From positions 16,616,001 through 16,680,000 of the forward strand of contig NC_073394.1 of the NCBI RefSeq assembly GCF_028641065.1: a stretch of DNA of 64,000 nucleotides. The letters run 5' to 3'. The notes under the pieces were generated by a model that was given only the letters and a program-made list of their open reading frames with translations, had not been told where the DNA came from and ran no database searches. This document shows, piece by piece, positions 38,560-49,657 of this stretch; position 1 is the first letter of the stretch; every line of letters begins with the position of its first letter. Origin of the DNA: Leucoraja erinacea. Its lineage: Eukaryota. Both the position numbers and the translations under genes were made by a program.

Positions 38560-38748
38560 GGGGTTCAGAGAACCCAAATCCTGGCGTGCGAGAATTTTGA
38601 GCATCCCAAAATCCTGGGAGACCGCGCATCACTGCATATGCCACCACGCCTCACCACGCGCCATGCACACGTCACGATGCGCCAACCAATTTTTAGGATG
38701 TCGCGTAAATGATGTGCAAATGATGCCCAAGTGGGAAATGTCCTTAAG
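38560..38748. mobile_element. Probable PIF/Harbinger-type MITE remnant (one end)
   Basis: CpG-rich block ending in cccaagtgggaaatgtccttaa, resembling a GGGCCTGTCCCACTT-type terminal inverted repeat; partner end not seen. Confidence 0.4.
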
Positions 38749-39004
38749 CCTCACTGGCTGAGGTAAAGTAAGGATGTTTACACAAAGGACAGTGTTAGAG
38801 GAACAGTTTGGAGATGGAGAATTAAAAGGTGAAGAACAGCAACAATAATGGAAATGTATAACTCTTTTCACCAAAAGGTCATGAATTATTTAGGGAGATT
38901 TGCTGGCCTGATGTCACCTTGCATCCATCTCAACATATTGCAGGTAGTCAGGCTTCTCCACATCTACAGGTTCTGCAATAAGTGGTGAATGGAATAACAT
39001 TTTT

Positions 39005-40176
39005 GAAACAATAGACAATAGGTGCAGGAGCAGGCCATTCGGCCCTTCGAGCCAGCACCGCCATTCAATGTGATCATGGCTGATCATCCTCATCAGTACC
39101 CCATTCCTGCCTTCTCCCCATATCCCCCGACTCCTAGCTCTCTCTTGAAAGCATCCAGAGAACCTGCCTCCACCGCCCTCTGAGGCAGAGAATTCCATAG
39201 CCTTACCACTCTCTGTGAGAAAAAGTGTTTTCTCGTCTCCGTTCTAAATGGCTTACTCCTTAGTTTTAAACTGTGGCCCCTGGTTCTGGACTCCCCCAAC
39301 ATCGGGAACATGTTTCCTGCCTCTAGCGTGTCCAAGCCCTTAACAATCGCATACGTTTCAATGAGATCCCCTCTCATCCCTCTAAACTCCAGTGTACACG
39401 CCCAGCTGCTCCATTCTCTCAGCATATGACAGTCCCGCCATCCCGGGAATTAACCTTGTAAACCTACGCTGCACTCCCTCAATAGCAAGAATGTGATTCC
39501 TCAAATTAGGGGACCAAAACTGCACACAATACTCCAGGTGTGGTCTCACTAGGGCTCTGTACAACTGCAGAAGGATCTCTTTGCTCCTATATTCAATTCC
39601 TCTTGTTATAAAGGCCAACGTTCCATTCACTCTCATCACTGCCTGCTGCACCTGTATGCTTACTTTCATAGACTGATGTACAAGGACCCCCAGATCCCGT
39701 TGTACTTCCCCTTTTCCCAACTTGTCGCCATTTAGATAGTAATCCGTCTTCCTGTTTTTGCTACCAAAGTAGATAACCTCACATTTATCCGCATTAAACT
39801 TCATCTGCCGTGCATCTGCCCACTCCCCAAACCTGTCCAAGTCACCCTGCATTCTCATTGCATCCTCCTCACAGTTCACACTGCCACCCAGCTTTGTGTC
39901 CTCTGCAAATTTGCTAATGTTACTTTGAATCCCTTCATCCAAATCATTGATGTATATTGTAAATAGCTGCGGTGCCAGCACCGAGCCTTGCGGTACCCCA
40001 CTAGTCGCTGCCTGCCATTCAGAAAGGGACCTGTTAATCCCTACTCTTTGTTTCCTGTCTGCCAACCACTTCTCTATCCATTTCAGCACTCTACCCCCAA
40101 TACCATGTGCCCTAATTTTGCCCACTAATCTCCTATGTAGGACCTTATCCAATGCTTTCTGAAAGTCCAGGTACAC
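39005..40176 (-). mobile_element. CR1 LINE RT fragment
   Basis: YLDFQKALDKV, SGVPQGSVL, FTIYINDL, FAEDTKL RT motifs; frameshifted; (TATTGTC)-type tail. Confidence 0.95.
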
Positions 40177-40604
40177 TAAAAATTCCAGAAGATTGAAACA
40201 GCTATTGACAGGTTTTTATTGCTTTGGAGCACTAGTGGATATTAAAGGGAGGTACATTGTGTCAAAGTACAGATTAGACATGATCCAACTGAATCACAGA
40301 AAAGACTGTGAAGCCCTCTCCCTTTAGAGTGGATCAAGATCATGTAGAGATTTAGATGAGAGTTTCAAATTTGGCCCTCTGGGAGACTTGGAGACCAAGT
40401 AAATGAGCAAAGATTGAATAAGATATATTACAGACACATCTGGCACAGCTGAAATGTTTTGAAGTCTGGCGATAGCCAGTAGAGCATTAGAGTAGCAGAA
40501 TCTGAAGCTTTCAGTTGGAGATGAGTTTTTAGCACTACAGAACAAAATTATATAAACAATTCAAATGTTTTAATGTGAAAGGGTAGTTTTAACATTCCTT
40601 TCAA

Positions 40605-40837
40605 CTGGGGAACGCAGACTGTTTCGCAGAACACCTTCCCCTGTCGGCCTTGGCCTACGTGAACTCCCGGTTGCCAAACATTATAACTCTCCTTCCCATT
40701 CCCATATTGACCTTTCTGTCCTGGCCTCCTCTATTGTCAGCCAAATACAACTTGGAGGAACAGCACCTCATGGTTCGCTTGGGCAACTTACAGCCCAGCC
40801 GTAGGAAAAATATGTTTTCTAATTTCAAGTAACCTTT

Positions 40838-40907
<70 letters not shown>

Positions 40908-41005
40908 CCCCCCCCCCCCCTCGACTAATTTCACTGTCCTCCCGATTAATTTTGCTGATTGTATACCTTGTTGTCACCTTCCCCCTCAGCCAACAATGAA
41001 TAATT
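40605..41005 (+). mobile_element. Older Penelope-like element 3' part (resumes after 41693)
   Basis: Decayed GIY-YIG C-terminus LEEQHLMVRLGNLQP; (CT)n tract 40842-40903. Confidence 0.7.
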
Positions 41006-41685
41006 TAAGGTCCACAAAATTGCTGGAGAAACTCAGCGGGTGCAGCAGCATCTATAAAGCAAAGGAAATAGGCGACGTTTCGGGCCGAAACCCTTCTTCA
41101 GACTGATGGGGGGTGGGGGGGAGAAGGAAGGAAAAAGGGAGGAGGAGCCCGAGGGCGGGGGGGATGGGAGGAGACAGCTCGAGGGTTAAGGAAGGGGAGG
41201 AGACAGCAAGGGCTAGCAAAATTGGGAGAATTCAACGATCATGCCATCAGGACGCAAGCTGCCCAGGCGGAATATGAGGTGCTGTTTCTCCAATTTCCGG
41301 CGTTGCTCACTCTGGCAATGGAGGAGACCCAGGACAGAGAGGTCGGATTGAGAATGGGAGGGGGAGTTGAAGTGCTGAGCCACCGAGAGTTCAGGTAGGT
41401 TATTGCGGACTGAGCGGAGGTGTTCGGCGAAACGATCGCCCAACCTCCGCTTAGTCTCCCCGATGTAAATCAGCTGACATCTAGAGCAGCGGATGCAGTA
41501 GATGAGGTTGGAGGAGATACAGGTGAACCTTTGTCGCACCTGGAACGACTGCTTGGGACCTTGAATGGAGTCGAGGGGGGAGGTGAAGGGACAGGTGTTG
41601 CATTTCTTGCGGTTGCAACGGAAAGTGCCCAGGGAGGGAAGGGAAGAATTGACAAGGGAGTTGCGGAGGGAGCGGTCTTTGCGGA
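41006..41685 (-). mobile_element. Penelope-like retroelement 3' fragment (GIY-YIG endonuclease) with hammerhead-bearing tail
   Basis: NLIYCIRCSRCQLIYIGETKRRLGDRFAEHLRSV GIY-YIG motif; tail CTGAAGAagggtttcggcccGAAAcGTC on minus; 8-bp TSD gaataatt at 40998-41005 and 41686-41693. Confidence 0.92.
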
Positions 41686-41769
41686 GAATAATTCTACATT
41701 TCCTTGATCATCGCCTGCTTTGATCTGTTGTTTTCACACCTTACCATTCATTACCTCTAGTCGCCCCAT

Positions 41770-42430
41770 CTGGTGTAAACCAGCGTCTGTAGTTCCTCCT
41801 CCACCAATCACCTGACTAAAACCAAAGATATCTTTGCTACAGTCTGAAGGAACCCGACCTAAAATGTTGTCTGTCCATTCCCTCCACAGATGCTGCCCTG
41901 ACTCACTGAGTTACTCCAGCACTTGCTAAAAATAGAAATAGTTAGAAGTATTCGACAGGTAAAGCAACATGTGTGGATAGCAGACAAAAGTGCTGGAGAA
42001 ACTCAGCGGGTGCAGCAGCATCTATGGAGCGAAGGAAATAGGCAACGTTTCGGGCCGAAACCCTTCTTCAGACTGGGCGGGAGAAGAAAGGTGGATAGCA
42101 AGAGAGTTAAACCTTCTAGGTCGACGACCTTTCCTCTCGAAGCTGAAGAAGGGTCTCGGCCCGCAATGTCACCTCTTTATCTTCTCCAGAAATACTGCCT
42201 GATCCCTCCAGCGTTTGGTGTCTATCTTCGGTGTAAACCAGGAACCTGCAGTTCCTTCCTACACGTCAGAGATGTTAGCCTGACTCGTTCACTCACTTCA
42301 TCCCAGCACATGGACAAAAATGCTGGAGAAACTCAGCGGGTTCTTCTCCTTCTTAAACTCTTAATCATCCCAGCACGTTGTGTCTGTCTTTCAGTGTAAA
42401 TAAACCAGGAACCTGCAGCTCCTTCCTACA
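41770..42430. mobile_element. Cluster of Penelope-derived terminal units in both orientations
   Basis: Repeated ctgaagaagg...cgaaacg, gctgagttactccagc and gtaaaccag...ctgcagttcc motifs. Confidence 0.75.
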
Positions 42431-43850
42431 TCAGCGGTGTGGAGCAGCGTTTGGTTATCTGATCCCTTTGCTCCGGCGCCCCCTGGCCCCCAGCGCGAGC
42501 GCACAAATACATACGAGCGCGCACACAAACGAACGAGCATAAGCGAGCACGCGCGTTAAATTTGCATCTTGCATTCGGTTGGTTGTGGACGCGAGATTGA
42601 GGAGGCGGCGCGCGGATCTGGCGCAACAGGGCTCGAGCAGCGGACAGCCGGCGGAGCGAGCGCCGCACACGCCGTTTGATGCCCAGTTATGAACTAAACG
42701 GTGTATATATACACACACAGCACGCCCTTTGCAAGGATACCGGCGCCGATTCTTGGGGAAAATACAATAACTTCTCACACAAAAAAAAACACCTATAGTT
42801 TTTGGAACTAGAGAGAAGAGAACCCCCCCCCCACAGATTTCCGCACTTGCAGTTGCGAGCAGCAGAAGTTCGGCGAAGAGAGTTAAAGGGGCCGCAAGTT
42901 GCACAGAAGGCGGAGTCACGGTTTTCAGTCTTTTCGGTTTATATTTAAAAATCATAGGGCACCGCAGATGACAAGTGAAAGTTTTTTTCTCGCCCTCCCA
43001 CTGATATTTTTCACGGACTCGCAGAAGTGAGCGGATGGTGAAGTTTGGAGGAGTTCGCTGTTTCGGATAATTAAAGAACCGTTATCAGGAGAGGAGTTGC
43101 AGACTGAAGAAAGGTTGCACGGCTCATCTCCGCCCGGATCACAGTGTCAGGACGCTCGCTGTGCTTTATGTCTTGAAGAGTTGGACAGCACCCCATCTGC
43201 ACTGACTTGGCTTGGACGTGTGCAGGCTGTTCCAAGCTGCGCGCCTCACACAATGGCGGGATTGTACAACTCCACCTTGAAGACGCTGGAAGATCTGACA
43301 TTGGACTCGGGTTATGGGGCAGGGGATTCTTGCAGATCTCTCAGCCTCTCCTCCAGGTCGAACTCTCAAGCCTTCCAAGCAGCCCACAACAGAGGGAACT
43401 GGTGGTATCTTTCTGGCTCCATGAATAGCCGTAATAACAGTTGGGATACCGTCAACACAGTGCTGCCGGAGGACCCGGAGATCAACGACATCTTCTTTAA
43501 ATGCCCCCGGCTCCCGGAGCTGGAGGAATTCCCATGGAGCGACGACGACATTGGACAGATTCTGAAGAAAGGGAGACCAGGAGAGTGTGGAAAACTCTTC
43601 TCTCAGGATGCTATCAGGAAATTGTCCTTCTTGTTGAGGAGAGCTTTGATCAGGATCTCACGGGAGGCGCAGCGACTGAGTGTCGTGCACTGCAAGTGCA
43701 CCAAATTCGAGGTCCAGAGCGCCATCAGACTAGTCCTGTCCTGGTCCCTGTCCGAAAGCTGCATCTCTGCCTCAGTTAAAGCCCTCTCCCTGTACAACAT
43801 GAGCGCCGGCGATAGGCTGAGGAAAAGCAAGAGCTCCAGGTACCTAGTGT
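42430..43850 (+). promoter_or_regulatory. CpG island / promoter and 5' UTR of ABTB2
   Basis: High CpG density, octamer ATTTGCAT near 42560, TATA-like tatatata near 42703, directly upstream of and overlapping coding exon 1. Confidence 0.75.
43253..43839 (+). CDS. ABTB2: ABTB2 coding exon 1 (N-terminus and H2B-like histone fold)
   Basis: [34 protein letters not shown]...[15 protein letters not shown]...LRKSKSS closely matches the vertebrate ABTB2 N-terminus; Kozak acaATGg; GT donor at 43840, phase 2. Confidence 0.93.
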
Positions 43851-44289
43851 ATTATTTTGTATATGTCGAATAAACAAGCTGAACGTAAGTTTAAATATTG
43901 TTACGAGTGGGTACGGTTAAGTCAGCCAGACGTGCTTGCAGTGCATATATTAGGTCTATGCACAATCACTGCATGCTGCAAAGATCCTGGTGAACTGAGG
44001 AGGGCACATTGATCCCAGTTTCTCACACAGCACATATTTAAAACTAAATGAGTCCCCTCATTGAGGCACAAAGAAAGTTGGTGTGCAATTTGGATGTTTT
44101 ACATTGGTGTACAAGGTGTGTTTATTCCAAGGTGAAACTGCAGATTGGACAGATAAGAGGAATCTTTACAGCTCAAACTAGCCTTGCTACCCTTGACAGT
44201 TTTAAAAGCTGGCAATGACAATGGAAACTGTTCAGTTGCCCACATGAAACCCTATACTTTGAAGATTATGTTTTAAAGGTGTTAAAACT

Positions 44290-44810
44290 AGAACATAGAA
44301 AAGTACAGCTCAGGAACAGGGCCTTCAGCCCACAATGTCCAAGCAGAACATGATGCCATGTTAAACTAATCTTCTCTGCCCGCTAATGATCCATATCCCT
44401 CCATTTGCCCTTCCAAAAGCCTCTTAAATGCCAATTTCATATATGCCTCCACTGTGCCACCCATAGCAGCCTGTTCCAGACACACACTGCTCTGTGTAAA
44501 GAAATTGCCCCTCACTTCTCCTTTAAAGCTTACTTCTCTCACCCTAAAATGATGCCCATTCATCTTTGACATTGTTAACCTGTGAAAAAGGTTCTGACTA
44601 TCTACGTTATGTATGCCCTCATAATTGTACACACCTAACAAGTCTCCCCTCAGCCTCCAATGCTCCAGAGAAAATAAACCCAAGGTCGTCCAAATCTCCT
44701 TTGTAGTTGATACCCTCTAATCCAGGCAACATTCTGGTAAACCCCTTCTGCATCCTTCTAAAGCCTCCATGTCATTCTTGTAATGGGGCGACCTGAACTG
44801 TACACAGAAC
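44290..44810 (-). mobile_element. CR1 LINE 3' fragment in ABTB2 intron 1
   Basis: GLFSLEHWRLRGDLLGVY peptide; catagaa tail. Confidence 0.85.
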
Positions 44811-45555
44811 TGATTCAGAATTGAGCAACTGAAATCCAACTCACTAACTGCACGTGATCATTTGTCCGGTAGATTTTGGTTTCTGAAGTTATTTGCGAGT
44901 AAGGTTTTGATTGAAGTTAAAAATTCGTAATTATCCTATATTGTACTAATTAGACTTTACCACCTTCTCAAACACCATCACTGTCCCGCCATCGATCAGC
45001 CTGTCTCACAACAAATGACTTTGGTCATTAATGCCTTAAGTGCATTTTGAAAATAGTGTGGCATAATGAATGATAATAGAAACTCAGCATAATTCATGCT
45101 TGTGGCTGGTACTGATTTTTTTTTTGAGGGGGGAATTTTCGAAAATATCAGTTTTTAATTTTTTCTTTCTAATCAAAACATTTAATTCATATTATATGTT
45201 AAGCATGGATGGTTCTTGAATCATGATTTTGTTTAATCACTCATATTATAAAAGCTTTCAGGGTAAATGTATTCTCTGCATTTACCAATATTAGCTAGAT
45301 TGCATTGATGCTAATTCACTTATAGTTAACTCATTGACAATGTAGAGAGATTCACTGACTGCCGGATGTTATATTATGAAATTGTTTTGATCCCATTAGT
45401 TCTATGCCACAACACAATGTAGATGATGGTGGCATAATATTGAGAGAGTAGTACGTGAAATGTATTTAACAGACCAAATATATTATTTATTTGCAATTTA
45501 CCTAGAAAAACATCCCATTATGATGTTGTTCATAATGAACCGTTACAATTTTAAG

Positions 45556-45681
45556 TCTGAAGAAGGGTTTTGACCTGAAAGGTTGCCAATTTCCTTCGCT
45601 CCATAGATGCTGCCTCACCCGCTGAGTTACTCCAGCATTTTTGTCTACCTTCGATTTTCCAGCATCTGCAGTTCCTTCTTA
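45556..45681 (+). mobile_element. Penelope-derived hammerhead-type mini-element with TSD
   Basis: Starts at tctgaagaaggg; tacaattttaag at 45544-45555 and 45682-45693. Confidence 0.8.
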
Positions 45682-45968
45682 TACAATTTTAAGACAGCAT
45701 TTTGGAAAAATAATGTGTTTTACAATAGTACAAAAAAAAAATAGTTTAGTGGAACACATTTTTAGGATTCTACTTCAGTAGCTCAGCATGAGTTATCCAT
45801 ATTGCCACAGTTATCTTTTAGTAAAACATTGTTGTAATCATGTGTGCAGACTGGTGTAACTATCAACAAGATAAATGTTTTTTTTATGTTTTTCATGTAG
45901 CAGCAAAATATTTTGCTTTCCATTTGTCAAAGATGTTTTTCAAAATCAATTTCAATTTATAAAACATA

Positions 45969-47157
45969 CTAGTCTAAGTGGGACCTGTTGGGTCCCAGCA
46001 TCACACGGGAGGGCTGGTCCCCCAACGCAATATTCCACCTCTCCATCAATTCGAATATTGGTGGCCAGTGGGGGGGGGGCTAGTATGCACATTGCGGGCC
46101 AAATGGATTCTTGGGCTGGCGGCTCAGTCACTCAAGCCTGTTGTGCTGGCAGCTCACTCACTCACGGCTGGTGGGCTCGCAGTTGACTCACGGCTATTCC
46201 TTGAAATTCCATTTCAAGCAGGGTGCAAGGCCGCCAAATTCAAATGCAGTTTCATACCATTTCAAGCAGGGTGCAAGGCCGCTAAAGACAGCGAGTCGTG
46301 ACCTCTCCCTCCCCCATCTTGCAGAGACTGAGCCACGCCCACACTTCCGAGTTTTATAGTCCCTACCCCTCTCACCAGAAGGGGCATGGTCTTCATGGCA
46401 TGATTGACAGGAGAGAGAATCTCAACATTTTTTAAACACTGATAACTCTTTTATTTTTCATCGATGGGAAAAATCCTCAGCACCTGATGATTGGAGGGGG
46501 ACTCTGAGTAAGATGGCCAAAAATCACAGCCGTACCTGGTAGCGTTTTTACTAAAATCAATATAAAGCGCAAACAGGAAGTGGTCAAGATTAGACTTTTA
46601 ATTATATAAAAGGCAAGGCAGCTCGCTTTAGCACTTTAAAAACCAAAGGCAAGGCAGCTCGCTTTAGTTCTTTCAAAACCAATGGCAAGGCAGCTCGCTT
46701 TAGCACTTTCAAAACCAAAGGCAAGGCAGCTCGCTTTAGCACTTTCAAAACCAAAGGCACGGCAGCTCGCTTTAGCACTTTCAAAACCAAAGGCAAGGCA
46801 GCTTGTTTTAGCACTTTCAAAACCAAAGGAAAGGCAGCTTGCTTTAGCACTTTCAAACCAAAACACACTTTTGCATTTTCAAACTACATTTTCAAACCAC
46901 ATTAAGGGCACTGACAGGTCAGTAAAACCACTCACAGTTTAGTGGACATGTGTTCAGTGTTATTCACAGCTCAGACTGAGAATTGCGACCTCTCACTCCC
47001 CCATCTTGCAGAGAACTGAGGCACCTCCACCCTTCCGGGTTTTATAGTCCCCTCCGGAAGGGGTGTGGCCTTCAGAAGAGAGAATCTCAACATTTTTTAA
47101 ACACGAATAACACTTTTATCTTTAATCAATGGGAAAAATCCTCTTGTCCTGCGCAGC
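45969..47157 (-). mobile_element. Non-autonomous Helitron-like element with internal tandem array and direct repeats
   Basis: Minus-strand end gggacc-caaca-ggtccc hairpin then acttagaCTAG|T; same terminus design as 32319-32346. Confidence 0.6.
46607..46860. repeat. 36-bp minisatellite, about 7 copies
   Basis: Unit aaaaccaaaggcaaggcagctcgctttagcactttc repeated head-to-tail with no spacers. Confidence 0.95.
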
Positions 47158-48639
47158 TTACAGTTTACACCTATTAATAATTGAAATTCCAGGAAGTGCA
47201 ATCCTAGTTTGTTTAGTATATCCAAAGTAATTTAAGGGTGTCCAGGTATGATTCTTGTTCTGGGCATCAACACTTCTATTACATTTCCTAATTAAAAATC
47301 AATAAAACTGCATATTGATAGAATTGATTGATAGAATTTATTGCCACACAACCAGGGTCGGTGGAATTTTGGGTTGTCTGAAAATCTGAAAAAAAAAATT
47401 GAGAATGCTAGAAATGCTTAACAAGTCATGCAATAATTATGTTTCACCTTCCACAGATGCTGCATGACTTACTCAATATTTCCAGAATTTTCAGATTAAA
47501 TATCCACATGTGGTGCTTTCAGCTTGCAATGGTTTCCCAGTAGTCATCTAACTGGAACTTGTAAAGCTGCAGCATTAATTTATTTACTTCTAAAGAAGTT
47601 CTGTTGATATAAAGGTCAGCATTTTGTTAGCCCCTTTGATTATTTTCTATAATTGTGCCTGACCTATATACATGAACCCCAAATAAATTTCAGCCTGCAT
47701 TGTTTCTAGATCTTTAATATTTGCAAAATACTTTTAGATGTAAAGTGGATGATCCTATATTTGCAAACATTAAAAATGCCCGTGCCAAAATCTTGCCTTT
47801 TCACTTCAAGTAATATCTTGTAATTTTATGCTTCCATTAACACTGCTTAATAACAAAGTAATGGGCACAGATTTACAATCTAAAGGCAAAGCTCCCAGAT
47901 CAAAAGAATGTTATGGATGCTCCAACTTCAGCCTTCAATGTTAGTAACTACTTCCTTTAAAGCCATAGAGTGAGAATTATTGAGTCATGTAGATGTCTTA
48001 TTTTTTTTAGTGCTAATTTCTTAATTATAGTGAATTTGATTACTCAGTATTTCCATCAGTACCCAGTGTTGATATTTAATTCCAACACTATTATTCAGGT
48101 TCAGCCATGAACAGAGGGTCAGTGATGCCAGTGTGTTTAACATAGCCACTTGGAATTTTATAGGGTCTTTGATAATATTCCATGTGGCTACCTGATCAAA
48201 ATGTAAAAGACCAGGGGATCTTATATAAGAGTGGTGGATTGAATCCAACAATGGATCTATGATAGGAAGCAACAGGTAATTGTTGATTTAGTAATTGGAA
48301 TTCTGTTACCAGTGATTTTCAACGTGGTACCCAGTCATTTGGTGTTTGGAATATACTTTAATGATTCAGACCTAAGTATAGGACCATGATAAAGAAGTCT
48401 GCAAATGATACCAAAATTCTCCTTGACATTAGGAAGGGAGCTTTAGATTGTAGAAAGATCTTATAGGGTAGAAAAATGGCAAATGGAATTTAATCCAAAG
48501 AAAAGTGAGAATGTGATTTGCTGAGACACGGGAAGATAAATTGGAGGATATTAATTGGTCTGGAGCAACAGGGGGATCTTGGAGTATTTGTGTCCATGGA
48601 TCCTAAAACCCAGTGGATGAGATGGTTTAAAAAAAAAAA

Positions 48640-48681
<42 letters not shown>

Positions 48682-49361
48682 TGGATTTGCTGAGGCAAAG
48701 AATATAAGGATAGGAGTTATGCTGGATCTGTAAAACATGTGTTAAGCCACAATTTGAGTACAGTGTGCAGTTCTGTGCAGCAAATATGCACTACAGAGGG
48801 TGAAGAGAAGATTATGAAAATACTGCCAGGACTGAAAGATTGTAGTTATGAGGATAGGAAGCTAAGTCAGAATGATCAATTTACCTTGGGAGAAGGGTCA
48901 TAACCTAGATTAGGGAGGAGACAAAGAGCTATGTCTTCACCCAGTAGTTGATGTGGTTCTCCAGTTGACTCACTGAAAATAATTGTATACCTAGTGCTTG
49001 AAATGGGATTAGATTGGTAACTGAAGATAGACGCAAAAATGCGGGACTGGCAGCAACTCTGGAGAGAAGGAATGGGTGACATTTCGGGTTCGAGATCCTT
49101 CTTCAGATTGGTAGCTTCTTTTCTGATTTGCACAGCAGATTACCTCTTATGTTGTAAATTTTCTGTTGTTTGGTGGTTTTATGAGATAGTGTAAATGCTG
49201 TATTGAAAAGCAGAATATATATTGAAGGAAAATGGGCAAGTTTCCAGAACTGAAATCATTTCTGGTAGTTGAATGACATGCCCTTTTGGAGTTCTGCCAT
49301 CTTTATTCCTTGCTGATCTGATTTGGACATGTGTTAATGTCGCTTTTATCAATGCTTTCAG

Positions 49362-49657
49362 GTGTGGCCTTACTTTCTCAGTGGGACGCTTCTTTAGATG
49401 GATGGTGGACACAAGAGTTTCAGTCCGCATCCATGAGTATGCTGCTATCTCTTTGGCTGCCTGCATGGAGAGTCTGCTGGAAGAGATTGGGATCAGAGTA
49501 GCAGCCGGGCATGGTTCCGAAGGAGGAAGCGGAGGCATGCATGACAGCAGGCATGAGTTGTTGACTGAAATGCTGGAGATGTGCATCAACAATGACGCTG
49601 AACTTTGGGGAGTCCTGCAGCCATATGAACATCTTATCTGTGGCAAGAATGCAAATG
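49362..49657 (+). CDS. ABTB2: ABTB2 coding exon 2 (H2A-like histone fold); rest of gene beyond window
   Basis: (R)[31 protein letters not shown]...[24 protein letters not shown](G); tttcag acceptor 49360-49361, gtaagg donor from 49658; frame joins exon 1. Confidence 0.93.

Noticed and set aside
43097-43252. N-terminal extension of ABTB2 from TTG
   Set aside because: Homology begins at the strong-context ATG 43253; an open frame in a GC-rich UTR is unremarkable
46607-46860. 36-bp repeats as a CRISPR array or a repeat protein (LKVLKRAALPLV)n
   Set aside because: Units are contiguous with no spacers, there are no cas genes and the context is a eukaryotic intron; the ORFs arise from a stop-free unit whose length is a multiple of 3
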